Positions 1-10,161 of a stretch of 64,000 bases of DNA are shown here, in pieces. Below the pieces are notes generated by a model. That model was not told the DNA's origin, did not search any database, and was given only the letters and a program-made list of their open reading frames with translations. Both the position numbers and the translations under genes were made by a program. Positions within the stretch are counted from its first letter, which is position 1; the number at the start of each line of letters is the position of its first letter. Source of the DNA: Candidatus Latescibacterota bacterium. Lineage in GTDB: Bacteria > Latescibacterota > UBA2968. The DNA lies in NCBI GenBank assembly GCA_965205975.1, contig OZ242195.1:1376001-1440000 (forward strand), given 5' to 3'.

Positions 1-2
1 CA

Positions 3-1694
3 GCTCATGGGGAAACTTTATCTGATGACCCCATTGTGAGATGGCTGCACATTTCGGGTCATCAAGCGATTTGGGGAGGGGAACTGAAAGCGTCGATGAT
101 CACGCACGCCTCGCCGTGGTACGATTTTTTGCCCCTGGTCCATGCGCGCAGATACGATCCTTTGACTCTTGTCTCTGATCTGGAAAAGTTGCGAACATAT
201 TACCGCGATCGGGGATATTTGGCAGTATCGGTGTATTCGACTATTGAGCAACTTAGTGCAGATGAGATTGGGCTGGAAATACATATTGCAGAGGGACCCT
301 TGACGCGGATTTCCAGGGCGTCAGTAATCGGCGGTGAAGATATCGAGAACGCTTTTGGACAGCTCGAGGGCAAGCCGCTATCGAGCGATCTCGTGAACAA
401 GGGCGTGTCACAGGTCGTAAGCGAGTTGCGGAACAAAGGCTATGCGTTTGCGCGAGCCAAGGTCGAAACGACGATTGTGGCACAACAAGCCGAACTCGTT
501 CTAAAACTTGTACCTGGCCCTGTATGCAGCGTGGGCGTTGTGCAAATATCGGGGCACGAAGCCATGGCGGAAAATACCATCTTGCGCGGTCTCACATTTA
601 AGCCGGGTGATCAATTTAGCGAAGAGGCATTGCAAAACAGCCAGTACCTGCTCTATCGTGCGGGAGTGTTTCGGTCTGTGGCGTTGGGATTGGCAGATAG
701 CGTGGCGCACGACAACCGGGTGGATGTAGCTTTGCGCGTATCCGAACGCCCTTTTCGCACGTTGCGCGTGGGCACGGGATACGACACGGATGAAGACTTG
801 TGGGCCTCGGGCGCGTGGACGCATCGCAATTTTGGAGGAGACTTCCGTCAGTTTAAGCTGTCTGGACGCGTTTCCGGAAAGAACAGGGAAGCGGTTATCG
901 GCCTGCGGCAGGCGCATTTCAGGGGCAGTCGCAATTGGTTGAATATCGGTGGGTTTGTACAGCGTGAACGACAGGCGACATTTGTCCAGGAAGAGCTGGG
1001 GGGCAATATATCTCTCGAGAGAAATCTTACGAGGGCCACAGATGTAATCGCTCAGTTCAGCAGTGGCGTGGTAGATTTTTCAGCCGATAGCGCGTTTGCC
1101 GAGATGAAGGTCGGATTGCTCATGGACACGCGCGACGATATTTTTGATCCGCAATCGGGGATGCTCGCACAATTCACCCTGCGCGAACGCGGGCGATTTC
1201 TCCGGTCTGATGGCGAATTTTTGCAGGCGACAGCAGAGGGGCGATGGTTCCGCCGCATGCCTTTGCGAAGTGTGCTGGCACTGCGCGTGCAGGGCGGTAT
1301 AATTTTTGAACTGGGCAAGGCGGGCGGCGTGCCCAATGTTGAGCGGTTTTTTGCAGGAGGACTCAATAGTGTGAGGGGATGGAGATTGAATGAACTGGGT
1401 CCAAAAGACCATCAGGGCGAGCCAACGGGCGGTTTGAGCCGTATGGAAATGAGCCTGGAGATTAGAACGCAGATATTTTTTTCGATAGGTACAGCCGTTT
1501 TTATAGATGTGGGCAATGTCGATGCGAAAGCGGGTGCGTTTAACCTCGGATCGCTCAAGTACGCTGTGGGCGCGGGACTTCGATATTTGAGTCCGGTTGG
1601 CCCCGTGAGATTTGATGTGGGCTACCGCTTGTCAGATGATAGTATTGTGGAGAAACGCATTCAGTATCACATCAGTTTGGGACAGGCGTTTTGA
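3..1694 (+). CDS. tamA: Omp85/TamA-family outer membrane assembly protein, 5'-truncated by window edge
   Basis: Frame is open from position 3. POTRA-like repeats (LRTYYRDRGY, LRNKGYAFA), barrel motif ERFFAGGLNSVRGW, GLRYLSPVGPVRFD and C-terminal ISLGQAF. Lies directly upstream of a TamB-like gene. Confidence 0.88.
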   Translation, partial: AHGETLSDDPIVRWLHISGHQAIWGGELKASMITHASPWYDFLPLVHARRYDPLTLVSDLEKLRTYYRDRGYLAVSVYSTIEQLSADEIGLEIHIAEGPLTRISRASVIGGEDIENAFGQLEGKPLSSDLVNKGVSQVVSELRNKGYAFARAKVETTIVAQQAELVLKLVPGPVCSVGVVQISGHEAMAENTILRGLTFKPGDQFSEEALQNSQYLLYRAGVFRSVALGLADSVAHDNRVDVALRVSERPFRTLRVGTGYDTDEDLWASGAWTHRNFGGDFRQFKLSGRVSGKNREAVIGLRQAHFRGSRNWLNIGGFVQRERQATFVQEELGGNISLERNLTRATDVIAQFSSGVVDFSADSAFAEMKVGLLMDTRDDIFDPQSGMLAQFTLRERGRFLRSDGEFLQATAEGRWFRRMPLRSVLALRVQGGIIFELGKAGGVPNVERFFAGGLNSVRGWRLNELGPKDHQGEPTGGLSRMEMSLEIRTQIFFSIGTAVFIDVGNVDAKAGAFNLGSLKYAVGAGLRYLSPVGPVRFDVGYRLSDDSIVEKRIQYHISLGQAF

Positions 1695-1695
1695 A

Positions 1696-1736
1696 TCCAC
1701 AGACATGTCCCTGTGAAAACAGGGATGAACGCAGAT
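1696..1736. repeat. Short intergenic repeat/hairpin element
   Basis: TCCCTGT-GAAA-ACAGGGA hairpin (1708-1725) inside CCACAGA...GAACGCAGAT. The flank resembles the reverse complement of CATCTGCGTCCATCTGCGG at 19278-19296. Confidence 0.4.
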
Positions 1737-1750
1737 AGGGACCATTTAAG

Positions 1751-4700
1751 ATGAACAGGCGAGCGAAATCAATAATCTGGATTCTGGTCGGCGCTGGCAT
1801 TGTGCTGGCAATAGGGGCGATGCTCATCACGGGAGGCTATGCCAATGGTATCTTGCGCGATTTGGCGCAGCGCGCCCTGTCCCGGCAAGGGGATGAGGTT
1901 TGTCTGATTGGTGAGATTCAAGGCAATCCGCTGGGTGATTGTCGCATCGTTGATGTGCAGATCGGAGATATGGCGCGGGTGGATACGCTCAATGTGACGT
2001 ACAGTTTTTGGAATCTGCTTACAGGAAAAGTTGTGATTCATCGGCTGCGGTTGTCGGGAATCGAGATGCGACTTGATGCTTCTGATGAAGAGACCGAGAC
2101 GCCGATATGGGATGCACCTCCCCCCCTGGATTTAGATATCGAGTCGCTGGAGATTGCGGATGCCAATGTCTTGGTTGATGGTACACAGGTGCGCGATATC
2201 GCGCTAAAGGGTGCTATTTTCGCGGGAGAATCTGAGTGTCGTTTGATCCTGGAGCGTTTTCGTTCGGTGCAATTCGATCCGCCACTGGAGGTGACCAATC
2301 TATCTGGTATTGCCATTTTACAGGCCGGTAACTTGCGACTGAATGACGTGGCGTTGCACACCCACGGCTCTCGCATTTTGCTGCGCGGCAGGGTTTGGCA
2401 ATTGGATAATCCCGAGGTGGATCTCGTTGTGGAAGCCGATTCTCTATGGCTGGCAGATCTCAGCCCCCTGATCGATCTACCCACACGCGCGATGCAGATG
2501 CGAGGAAATGTGAAGGGAAGTCTGCAATCCCTTGTCACAGAATTTGTTGTGAAATATGAAGAAGCTTCAGTTGCGTTTAATGGCCTCCTGGGAATTGCGC
2601 CGTTTACAGTGCGAGGAGATGCGATTTTTGAGATCGAGACCAATGATCTCATCTCATTGGGATACACAGGATCTGATACTGATTTACCCCGTATCAGTAC
2701 AAGTCTGGACGGGATCCTCTCTTTAGCAGTGAATTCCTCTGGCGTGGAGAGTGCCGTTGCCGAGGGTGTTTTTCGGCGCGTACAGTTTGGAGATGCGCAA
2801 TTCGATTCCGTGCGTTTTGCCGTCAATTTGGCAAATGACCTGTTGCAAACGCAAGTCACCGCTAATGGACCAAGTGGCAATATAGTGGGCAATGGGAATG
2901 CGCGGTTGACCACCTGGAATGGCGAATGGGAAATGCGATTTCGCGATCTATATGCTGAACATTTACCCGGTGTACCCAAAAAAGTCGGTCCGGCGACGGG
3001 GCGTATTGATGGTGCGAGATATGTAGATCAACGGCTTTTTATCGATCATTTTGAGACACAATTGCAGGATTGGGGAACGCGCGTCACTGGAAATGGGCAA
3101 TTGCATTTTGAAGGAGACAAACCGGCTATTGCGGGGAATATCCAGGCAGAGGTCGCGTTACCTCGTTTGACAGATACAGACAGGTGGGGCACATTGCTGA
3201 CGCTTACGGGTAATGTAAATGGCATCGCGGGTGGCGATTTGAACGTTGGATTGGCGGGGAATATTGCGGGGAATGCTGCGGCAGACAGTTTTAGCGTTTC
3301 TGCGCTGGTCAATTCTGAGGGGAGGTCTGATATTCGCGCTGATCTGTCGGGCACAGGTGGGGTATTTTCCACTCAGGGGCATATTGATCGGCATTCTGAG
3401 GGCCAATGGCTGATGGATGTACAGGATTCAGAGGCGATAGGTGAGGTGATTGATGTGGATTTGTCGGGAACGCTGGCTCTATCGGGCACATGGTCGGGAA
3501 CGCTGGATGCGCCCGGTTTTTCTGCACAAGGCAGCGCAGATAGCCTTGTGGTTGAGGGTATTCCGCTTCAAAATGTTGCGATTGAGACGCAATGGACGCG
3601 CCCAGATTCGGGTACTGTCACCTTGAAGGTGGATCGCTTGACCTGGGGTGAACGGGCGTTGCGGGCGGTTTTTTTTAATGCCGCGTACAATCGTGGCGAA
3701 ACATCATTTTTGTTAGGTAGCGGCGAGCAGGTAGATAACCATGTGCTTTTTCGGGGACGCGCAGGGCAAGAAGAAGACCACTTCCAGGTAGCGATGGATT
3801 CGCTGTACGTTAAGGTTGATCAGGTCGTGCTGCATAACGAGGGACCCGTGCAATTCGCGTATTCGTCATCCCACGGCGTTCACATTGAACATCTGGTGCT
3901 TTCTGGGCCAGCGGGGCGTCTGGTCGCGCGGGATCAACAGGGCTTTCAGGCGACCGTAGAGGTGTTGTTGAAAGATCTGGATTTGCGGCCCTGGGCATTT
4001 CTGGCGGGTGCTTCAGATATGGGGGGTATTCTCAATGGTGAAGTGCTTTTTGCGGGTACATTGACTGATCCCCTTATTTTCTTTCAATTCGCTCTTGCAA
4101 AGGGCAAGATATCGAATGTGGGGTTCGATAGTGCCACAGGAGAGATGTCTCTGGGCAATGATAGGATACATTTTGAGGTGAAAGTCGTACCCGATAGAGA
4201 TGAAGTCCTGACACTGTTGGGCAGTTTTCCCATTACAGGTACAGGTGATATGCGCCTGCGCGCTCGGTCTGAGGGGATCGCGTTGAAGACACGCCAGAAC
4301 ACAGTGGATAAAAAAACGGAATTGGTCGGGAGAGAAATATCCGAGAGATTGAGATTTGGCACAGTGCCAAACGCGTTTTTCGATGTGGCTGAGGGAATTT
4401 CTGGGATGTTATCTTTCGATCTGGAAGGACGCGGCCGTTTTGAGCAACCGGATATCCGAGGGGTAATCGAAATTCGAGATGGGACGTTCCACCTGCCCGA
4501 TCTGCATCGGTCTTACACACCTGTTTCGGGGCGTGCTGTGTTTGGCGACGGGAAAATTCAGATTGACAGTCTTGCGATTGGGAATTCGGCGAATCTTTCC
4601 GGCGATATAACGCTTGAGGGTTTTTTGCCGAGCAGATGGAATTTATCTGCACAATTTCGCGATTTTGAACCGGTTGCTCGCCCCGAATTACAAATCATAA

Positions 4701-5596
4701 CAGATGGGCAATTGCAGATTGAGGGAACGCCGCAGGGCAACAATGTTAAGGGCAAGTTGGCGATGAAACAGGCTGAGATTCGCCTGGCGGAATTACTCGG
4801 AGTACCGAGCCTGACGACGAAACAGGCAGATATTCGCTTGACGGAATTGTTCGAAGAATCGGGCACAGAGATGCCACCATTTCTGATGGCTCCGGAAATA
4901 CGCCTGCAAGTGTCTGCTGACAGACAGGTGTGGTTGCGCGACCCGGTCTTTGAGGTGGAAATTGGAGGTGACCTGGATATAATAAAAAATCGCGAAGATT
5001 CGCGTATTTACGGCACGATGTCGAGTCGCCGGGGCAATTACATCTGGCAAAACCACCGCTTGCGTATTACACAGGGCGAGGTTCAATTTCAGGGCAGACC
5101 CGAGTGGAACCCCGACCTGGACATTCGCGCCGAGACGCGCGTGCGCACTGGGTCTGAGCCTGTCGATATTATTGTCACAGTAGGGGGGACATTGACGTAT
5201 CCGCAGATTTCGTTTGATGGAGAGGATGTGGGGGATATTGCCTCCCTGCTGTTGACTGGCAGACCCGCTGACCAATTTAAGTTTTCTCGCGAGCACACCC
5301 TGGATCTGTTTGCGGGGGTTGTTGCAAATCGCCTGGGGCGGCACATTGGGCAAAAATTGAGTCTGGATGTGGTGGAGATCGACTTTGGCGAGGGCATTTT
5401 CTCCAGGATTCGGTTGGGTAAGTATATTGGGAACAGGTTGTTTATGAGTTATGCAAAGGATTTTTCGAGCACGGCTTATGAAGTGGCGATGGAGTTTGAG
5501 ATCTGGCCAGAAGTGATATTGGAAGCGAGTCAGATAGAAGAGGAGAATCGACGCAGACGAGGATCGGTGGGGTTGTTCTGGAAGAAAGAGTGGTGA
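1751..5596 (+). CDS. tamB: TamB (translocation and assembly module, DUF490 C-terminus)
   Basis: 1281 aa with an N-terminal TM anchor, a long beta-rich Gly-rich body and a C-terminal NPDLDIRA...RIRLGKYIGNRLFMSY region typical of TamB. Adjacent to tamA. Confidence 0.85.
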   Translation: MNRRAKSIIWILVGAGIVLAIGAMLITGGYANGILRDLAQRALSRQGDEVCLIGEIQGNPLGDCRIVDVQIGDMARVDTLNVTYSFWNLLTGKVVIHRLRLSGIEMRLDASDEETETPIWDAPPPLDLDIESLEIADANVLVDGTQVRDIALKGAIFAGESECRLILERFRSVQFDPPLEVTNLSGIAILQAGNLRLNDVALHTHGSRILLRGRVWQLDNPEVDLVVEADSLWLADLSPLIDLPTRAMQMRGNVKGSLQSLVTEFVVKYEEASVAFNGLLGIAPFTVRGDAIFEIETNDLISLGYTGSDTDLPRISTSLDGILSLAVNSSGVESAVAEGVFRRVQFGDAQFDSVRFAVNLANDLLQTQVTANGPSGNIVGNGNARLTTWNGEWEMRFRDLYAEHLPGVPKKVGPATGRIDGARYVDQRLFIDHFETQLQDWGTRVTGNGQLHFEGDKPAIAGNIQAEVALPRLTDTDRWGTLLTLTGNVNGIAGGDLNVGLAGNIAGNAAADSFSVSALVNSEGRSDIRADLSGTGGVFSTQGHIDRHSEGQWLMDVQDSEAIGEVIDVDLSGTLALSGTWSGTLDAPGFSAQGSADSLVVEGIPLQNVAIETQWTRPDSGTVTLKVDRLTWGERALRAVFFNAAYNRGETSFLLGSGEQVDNHVLFRGRAGQEEDHFQVAMDSLYVKVDQVVLHNEGPVQFAYSSSHGVHIEHLVLSGPAGRLVARDQQGFQATVEVLLKDLDLRPWAFLAGASDMGGILNGEVLFAGTLTDPLIFFQFALAKGKISNVGFDSATGEMSLGNDRIHFEVKVVPDRDEVLTLLGSFPITGTGDMRLRARSEGIALKTRQNTVDKKTELVGREISERLRFGTVPNAFFDVAEGISGMLSFDLEGRGRFEQPDIRGVIEIRDGTFHLPDLHRSYTPVSGRAVFGDGKIQIDSLAIGNSANLSGDITLEGFLPSRWNLSAQFRDFEPVARPELQIITDGQLQIEGTPQGNNVKGKLAMKQAEIRLAELLGVPSLTTKQADIRLTELFEESGTEMPPFLMAPEIRLQVSADRQVWLRDPVFEVEIGGDLDIIKNREDSRIYGTMSSRRGNYIWQNHRLRITQGEVQFQGRPEWNPDLDIRAETRVRTGSEPVDIIVTVGGTLTYPQISFDGEDVGDIASLLLTGRPADQFKFSREHTLDLFAGVVANRLGRHIGQKLSLDVVEIDFGEGIFSRIRLGKYIGNRLFMSYAKDFSSTAYEVAMEFEIWPEVILEASQIEEENRRRRGSVGLFWKKEW

Positions 5597-5618
5597 TGAA
5601 AAAACGAAATAACAACGG

Positions 5619-5647
5619 TTGACAATATTATCCTGTAAGGTTAATTT
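5619..5647 (+). promoter_or_regulatory. sigma70-type promoter of higBA, probably leaderless
   Basis: TTGACA (5619-5624), 17-nt spacer, TAATTT (5642-5647). ATG at 5653 sits at the expected TSS and no SD is visible. Confidence 0.55.
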
Positions 5648-5652
5648 TTTAT

Positions 5653-5934
5653 ATGATCAGGACATTTAAGGATAAAGAGGCTGAAAAAATATTTAATGGT
5701 CGTTTTTCCAAAAAATTGCCACAGAATATTCACCACATTGCTGAACGCAAATTGATTTTACTTCACCAATCGACAAATTTAAACGATTTGCGTGTACCAC
5801 CATCTAATCGATTAGAGGCTTTGAAAGGCAATCGAAGAGGACAGCACAGTATTCGCATAAATGATCAGTGGCGAATTTGTTTTGAATGGAATGAAGATGG
5901 TGTTTATGCTGTTGAAATCGTCGATTATCATTGA
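5653..5934 (+). CDS. higB: HigB toxin (RelE/ParE superfamily, plasmid maintenance killer type)
   Basis: MIRTFKDKE...DLRVPPSNRLEALKGNRRGQHSIRINDQWRICFEW...VEIVDYH is the classic HigB pattern. Confidence 0.93.
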   Translation: MIRTFKDKEAEKIFNGRFSKKLPQNIHHIAERKLILLHQSTNLNDLRVPPSNRLEALKGNRRGQHSIRINDQWRICFEWNEDGVYAVEIVDYH

Positions 5935-5943
5935 GGTGATATT

Positions 5944-6240
5944 ATGAGAGACAGGCCCCCCATTCATCCGGGTGAGATTTTGCAAGAAGAATTTTTAAAG
6001 CCAATGGGAATCAGTTGCGACCGGCTTGCTCGTGATATTTGCGTTCCCGCAATGAGAATCAACCAAATAATTCGCGAAGAAAAGGGGATTAGTGCAGATA
6101 TAGCACTCCGACTTGCTCGTTATTTTGGTATGTCTGTTGAATTTTGGATAGGCATTCAAACACATTATGAAATAGAGAAAGCCAAAATGACACTGGCTGA
6201 TCGAATAGAGAAAGAGGTCAAGATTTTTGCACCTGCATAG
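5944..6240 (+). CDS. higA: HigA antitoxin (HTH XRE)
   Basis: PIHPGEILQEEFLKP...ISADIALRLARYFGMSVEFW; downstream of higB. Confidence 0.93.
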   Translation: MRDRPPIHPGEILQEEFLKPMGISCDRLARDICVPAMRINQIIREEKGISADIALRLARYFGMSVEFWIGIQTHYEIEKAKMTLADRIEKEVKIFAPA

Positions 6241-6265
6241 TTGCGTAATGTGCTACAATATTGAC

Positions 6266-6312
6266 AGAAAAAAGAAACTGCCTCCAGATATTTTTTGGAC
6301 GGCAGTTTTTCT
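6266..6312. terminator. Bidirectional intrinsic terminator
   Basis: AAACTGCC-TCCA...TGGA-C-GGCAGTTT stem with flanking A/T tracts, between convergent genes. Confidence 0.7.
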
Positions 6313-8010
6313 TTATGGGGTAATTTTCAATAGTTCAGTCACTTCTTCTGATGTGCGGTATTTGCCGTCAAAGAGTTGGATGAGATAGAGTTGATAGGTC
6401 AGATAGCGGCTCAGGACGATTGTGTGGTCTTCACCCGCGAGGTGGCGTTGCCAGAGTTTGGAGGTGTTAGATGTGTTGTAGAGAAGATGGTCGCACAAAT
6501 TTTTACCCGGCGATTGGCGCAACCAATTTGCGTAATCGGCAAAGGTCTGGGGCGTGGGATTGTGCAATCGGGTGAGCCTCCGCAGGATTTTGACGGTCCA
6601 GGGTGAATGGGATATGGGTAATCCCGTGGCCTGATAGGGAATATTTTTAAAATATTCGGGAAAGGTATGGAGAAGCATTTGTCGGTAGAGACGATTGTTG
6701 GCTTTTTGTTGCAGGGGAATAGAATAGAGAAATTCCTGCACCTGATTGTCGAGAAATGGCAAGCGGTATTCGAGCCCGTGCAAAAGTCCCAGACGGGGGC
6801 CGTGCAGGGTGAATCCGCGCATGCGCCAGTCTATGTAAAAAGCATGTGCCGATCCCACTTTACTAAATGCAGTTTTGAGGTGTTGGGTCGTGTTGCGATC
6901 CGTCCGAATGTGTAGCTTATTTTTCAGGTACGCGGAGAATTTGTTGGAGGGAAATAGATGGCCAGCACCTGCCAATCCATCGCCTCCCGCTCCGTTGAGA
7001 CAGATATCACAGGCTTCTTTCTGTTGTTTGAGATGTTCAATGCCGTGCATATGGAGCAGATCGAGTGCGCCATCGGCATACCACACGCCTGAGATTCTCG
7101 GCAAGAGCCAATTTTGATCATCCAGGGGCAGGACGGTATGTGGCGCGTTTTTTACGGATGCTGCCTGGACTGCAATGCGAACATCCGCGCTGTCGGGGTG
7201 CCCGAACGTGAAAGTTCTGGGCGTGCGGGGCATGGCGGCGAGGATCGCACGCGAATCGAGGCCACCGCTGAGGGCGAGACCAGTTCGTCCTGTGGTTCTC
7301 TGTTCTACGGCAGTGCGAAAACGCGCGCCCAATTCATGTGCCAATTCGCGTTGGGTGTGATGCCCTGTGAGGGGAGCAATTTCATCCCAGGACCAGTAGC
7401 ACTGCTGTGTGAGGCTACCGTCGGAGATGCGAAATGTCATTTGCGTTGCAGCGGGCACGGGCGCGACGCCTTTGAGCCATGTGCGATCAGAAGGCAATTG
7501 TCCGGTAGAGAAAAACATGTCGCGGGAAATAGGATCGATCACAGGCGAAAATTCGGGAAGCGCGAGGAAGGCTTTGGTCTGAGACGCCCAGGCAATGCGA
7601 TTGCCCTGGCGCGTCCAGTAGAGCGGACGCAAGCCATAGCGATCGGTAATAATATGCAGTTCATTTTTCTGTGTATCGAAAACCACGCCGGAAAAAAGAC
7701 CATCAATGCGGTTCAAGGGTTCGCCTTCGCCCGTGATAGCCTGAACCAAAAATTCGGGGTCAGAGGTAGCAGCGCGAGTCAGCGCGACGCGGTTGAAAAA
7801 TTCGCCATCGAGATAGGCAATATGTCCCGATTGTGAATAAACTGGGGACACAGTACGCCAATCTGGCGCAAACGCGACGCCCGCAATGTGCGGGGCAAAG
7901 ACGATGCGGTGCGCTTTTTGATGTACGACAAGGCTATCTGCCATGTGCGTGAGCGAGTGGGTGAGTTCGCGAGGGGTAAGAGGCGATTGAGATACGAATC
8001 CGGCGAGCAT
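6313..8010 (-). CDS. Asparagine synthase-like (AsnB family) ATP-dependent amidotransferase/amide ligase
   Basis: Ntn-like N-terminal domain (TDRYGLRPLYW), PP-loop LSGGLDS, NGAGGD, RLPFLD. Likely ATG at 8010; the ORF track extends to 8064. No N-terminal Cys. Confidence 0.8.
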   Translation of the reverse strand: MLAGFVSQSPLTPRELTHSLTHMADSLVVHQKAHRIVFAPHIAGVAFAPDWRTVSPVYSQSGHIAYLDGEFFNRVALTRAATSDPEFLVQAITGEGEPLNRIDGLFSGVVFDTQKNELHIITDRYGLRPLYWTRQGNRIAWASQTKAFLALPEFSPVIDPISRDMFFSTGQLPSDRTWLKGVAPVPAATQMTFRISDGSLTQQCYWSWDEIAPLTGHHTQRELAHELGARFRTAVEQRTTGRTGLALSGGLDSRAILAAMPRTPRTFTFGHPDSADVRIAVQAASVKNAPHTVLPLDDQNWLLPRISGVWYADGALDLLHMHGIEHLKQQKEACDICLNGAGGDGLAGAGHLFPSNKFSAYLKNKLHIRTDRNTTQHLKTAFSKVGSAHAFYIDWRMRGFTLHGPRLGLLHGLEYRLPFLDNQVQEFLYSIPLQQKANNRLYRQMLLHTFPEYFKNIPYQATGLPISHSPWTVKILRRLTRLHNPTPQTFADYANWLRQSPGKNLCDHLLYNTSNTSKLWQRHLAGEDHTIVLSRYLTYQLYLIQLFDGKYRTSEEVTELLKITP

Positions 8011-8160
8011 GAAAGTGCCTATTTGAATACCACCTGAAGTTTGTTCGAGATTAGATATAGTCAATATAAGTAAAACTCTACAATTTCTCTTTTCATTTTT
8101 CGCTTTTATAGGTACAATAAGACAGTCCTAATATCATCGCATTTAATCACAGAGGTCGGA

Positions 8161-9372
8161 ATGGCAGAAAAAAATTATAAGGTTCGCGCGGCGCATTGTA
8201 ATTGGCGGGCGTCGGAGGAAGAAATATACCAGACGTTGCGCCGCATTACAGACCCATTGCATCGGTCGTGGGAAAAGCTGGAGAAAGCCAATCGGATTGT
8301 GATCAAGTTCAATATGATGAAGCTACACAATCGCATTATTTACTACATGGGACGGCGGCGCGAGTTGGTCGATGACATGGTCGCACGCGCTGTTTTGCGT
8401 TTGTTGCGAGAACGAACCCGTGCGGAAATTATTGCGACGGATACCAATCCCTATACGCGCGACCATCTGATGGGTGAAGATTTTAATTACGCACATATTT
8501 TGAAAGAATACGATGTGGGGTTTGTCGATTCAAACGCGCCGCCGTTCAAACAATATGACGTGCCCGGCGGTGGATGTATGTTTGACCGCTATACGCTCAG
8601 CGCGTGTTTTGAAGGATCTGAGGTGGTTTCTGTGGCAAAGATGAAGAATCATCTGTTTATGGGGATTACGCTTTGCATGAAAAATCTTTTTGGCCTGCCT
8701 CCAATCACGCTACCACACGGCCGCGTGAGATCCTATTATCACCACTTTATCCGCCTGTCTTATGTATTGCCCGATTTGGGATTGATAACCCAGCCTTGTC
8801 TGAATATTGTGGATGCACTAACCGGACAATGGGGTAGAGAATGGGGCGGACAGGGGCGTATTTGCAATGCGTTATTAGCAGGTGACCATGTAACCGCTAC
8901 AGATGCTTGTGGTACTCATTTGATGGGTCACGACCCTGCGTCTGATTGGCCCAATCCGCCGTTTCGGCGCGACCGCAACCATTTGTTGATCGCAGACAGG
9001 CGCGGTTTTGGTACGGTTGATCTGAGGGAGATTGATTTTGAGAGCGAGGTATCTGCGCCTCTATCCGAGTTTGATTCAGAGCGTACAGACAGCGAGAAAA
9101 TTGTGGAAAGCTGGCGTCGCACCACCTGTGAACAGGCCCTGTTTTACCAGGATCGGCGAAGAGATATCGTTGGCCGGTATCGAAATGAATTTATCTTTTT
9201 GCAAGATGGCGATGTGGTCTGGCACGGTGCAGATCCCGCCAATTTGGGTAGCCGCAGGCAGTTGAGCGGACAGAAAAAGGATCAGGGGATGTGGCTCAAG
9301 TTGGTCGATCCCGAAGAAACCGAAGGCGAACGCTTTGAGACTTATGAGGCGTGTTTGAGGATGACGGGATAA
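8161..9372 (+). CDS. DUF362 domain-containing protein
   Basis: VIKFN, SVAKMKNH...ITLCMKNLFG, LNIVDAL, D-x-T-A-T-D-A-C-G...MGHDP motifs typical of DUF362. SD AGAGG upstream. Confidence 0.75.
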   Translation: MAEKNYKVRAAHCNWRASEEEIYQTLRRITDPLHRSWEKLEKANRIVIKFNMMKLHNRIIYYMGRRRELVDDMVARAVLRLLRERTRAEIIATDTNPYTRDHLMGEDFNYAHILKEYDVGFVDSNAPPFKQYDVPGGGCMFDRYTLSACFEGSEVVSVAKMKNHLFMGITLCMKNLFGLPPITLPHGRVRSYYHHFIRLSYVLPDLGLITQPCLNIVDALTGQWGREWGGQGRICNALLAGDHVTATDACGTHLMGHDPASDWPNPPFRRDRNHLLIADRRGFGTVDLREIDFESEVSAPLSEFDSERTDSEKIVESWRRTTCEQALFYQDRRRDIVGRYRNEFIFLQDGDVVWHGADPANLGSRRQLSGQKKDQGMWLKLVDPEETEGERFETYEACLRMTG

Positions 9373-9397
9373 AATCCGCTGAGACAGTGCAATAGAT

Positions 9398-10129
9398 ATG
9401 GATATTTTGCGAACCGATACGGCCCATGTCTGGGCAGTGGATTTAGAGCGCGAGACATTTGACGGTCACATATTGGCCGAGACGCTATCGGCAGATGAGT
9501 GGATGCGTGCCGACAGGTTTCTCTTTGAAAAGCACCGAGCGCATTTTGTTGCCGCACGCGGATGCCTGCGCGCGATTCTCGCAAAATACATGGATTGTAA
9601 GCCAGGTGAACTGGCTTTTTTTTATGGTGAACACGGCAAACCCGCTCTGGCATCCCCGTGGGACAAATCCCAATTGCGATTCAATCTGAGCCATTCGGCT
9701 GGCCTGGCTCTTATCGCAGTTTCTCTGCGCTGTGACATTGGAGTTGATGTTGAGCATCTCAGTCGCAAGGTCGGCCAGATGCAAGACATTGCGAAACGTT
9801 TTTTTGCACCTGGCGAATACGAGCGGTTGTGCGCATTGCCGCGAGAAGAACAGCGTCGGGCTTTTTTTTGTTGCTGGACGCGCAAAGAGGCATATCTAAA
9901 AGCTGTGGGCACTGGTCTTGTTCAGTCATTAAAAAATTTTGAAGTCAGTTTGGGACACAAAGCAAAATTGTTGCGAATAAAAGAAGGCAATATAGATGAT
10001 TGGACGCTGCGACACCTCGAACCCGCAGAGGGTTATGTCGGGTCGGTAGCGATTGCGAAAAAAGATGTTGAAGTGAAGGTCGTGAAACACTTGTTGCGCG
10101 ATCTTTGTCTGAATAAGGGTGTGAGTTAA
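9398..10129 (+). CDS. Sfp/HetI-type 4'-phosphopantetheinyl transferase
   Basis: LSADEWMRADRF, GKP, FNLSHS, IGVDVE and FFCCWTRKEAYLKAVG motifs. Confidence 0.92.
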   Translation: MDILRTDTAHVWAVDLERETFDGHILAETLSADEWMRADRFLFEKHRAHFVAARGCLRAILAKYMDCKPGELAFFYGEHGKPALASPWDKSQLRFNLSHSAGLALIAVSLRCDIGVDVEHLSRKVGQMQDIAKRFFAPGEYERLCALPREEQRRAFFCCWTRKEAYLKAVGTGLVQSLKNFEVSLGHKAKLLRIKEGNIDDWTLRHLEPAEGYVGSVAIAKKDVEVKVVKHLLRDLCLNKGVS

Positions 10130-10161
10130 AACGCAGGGCTGGCTGTCCGATTCAGGAGCAG

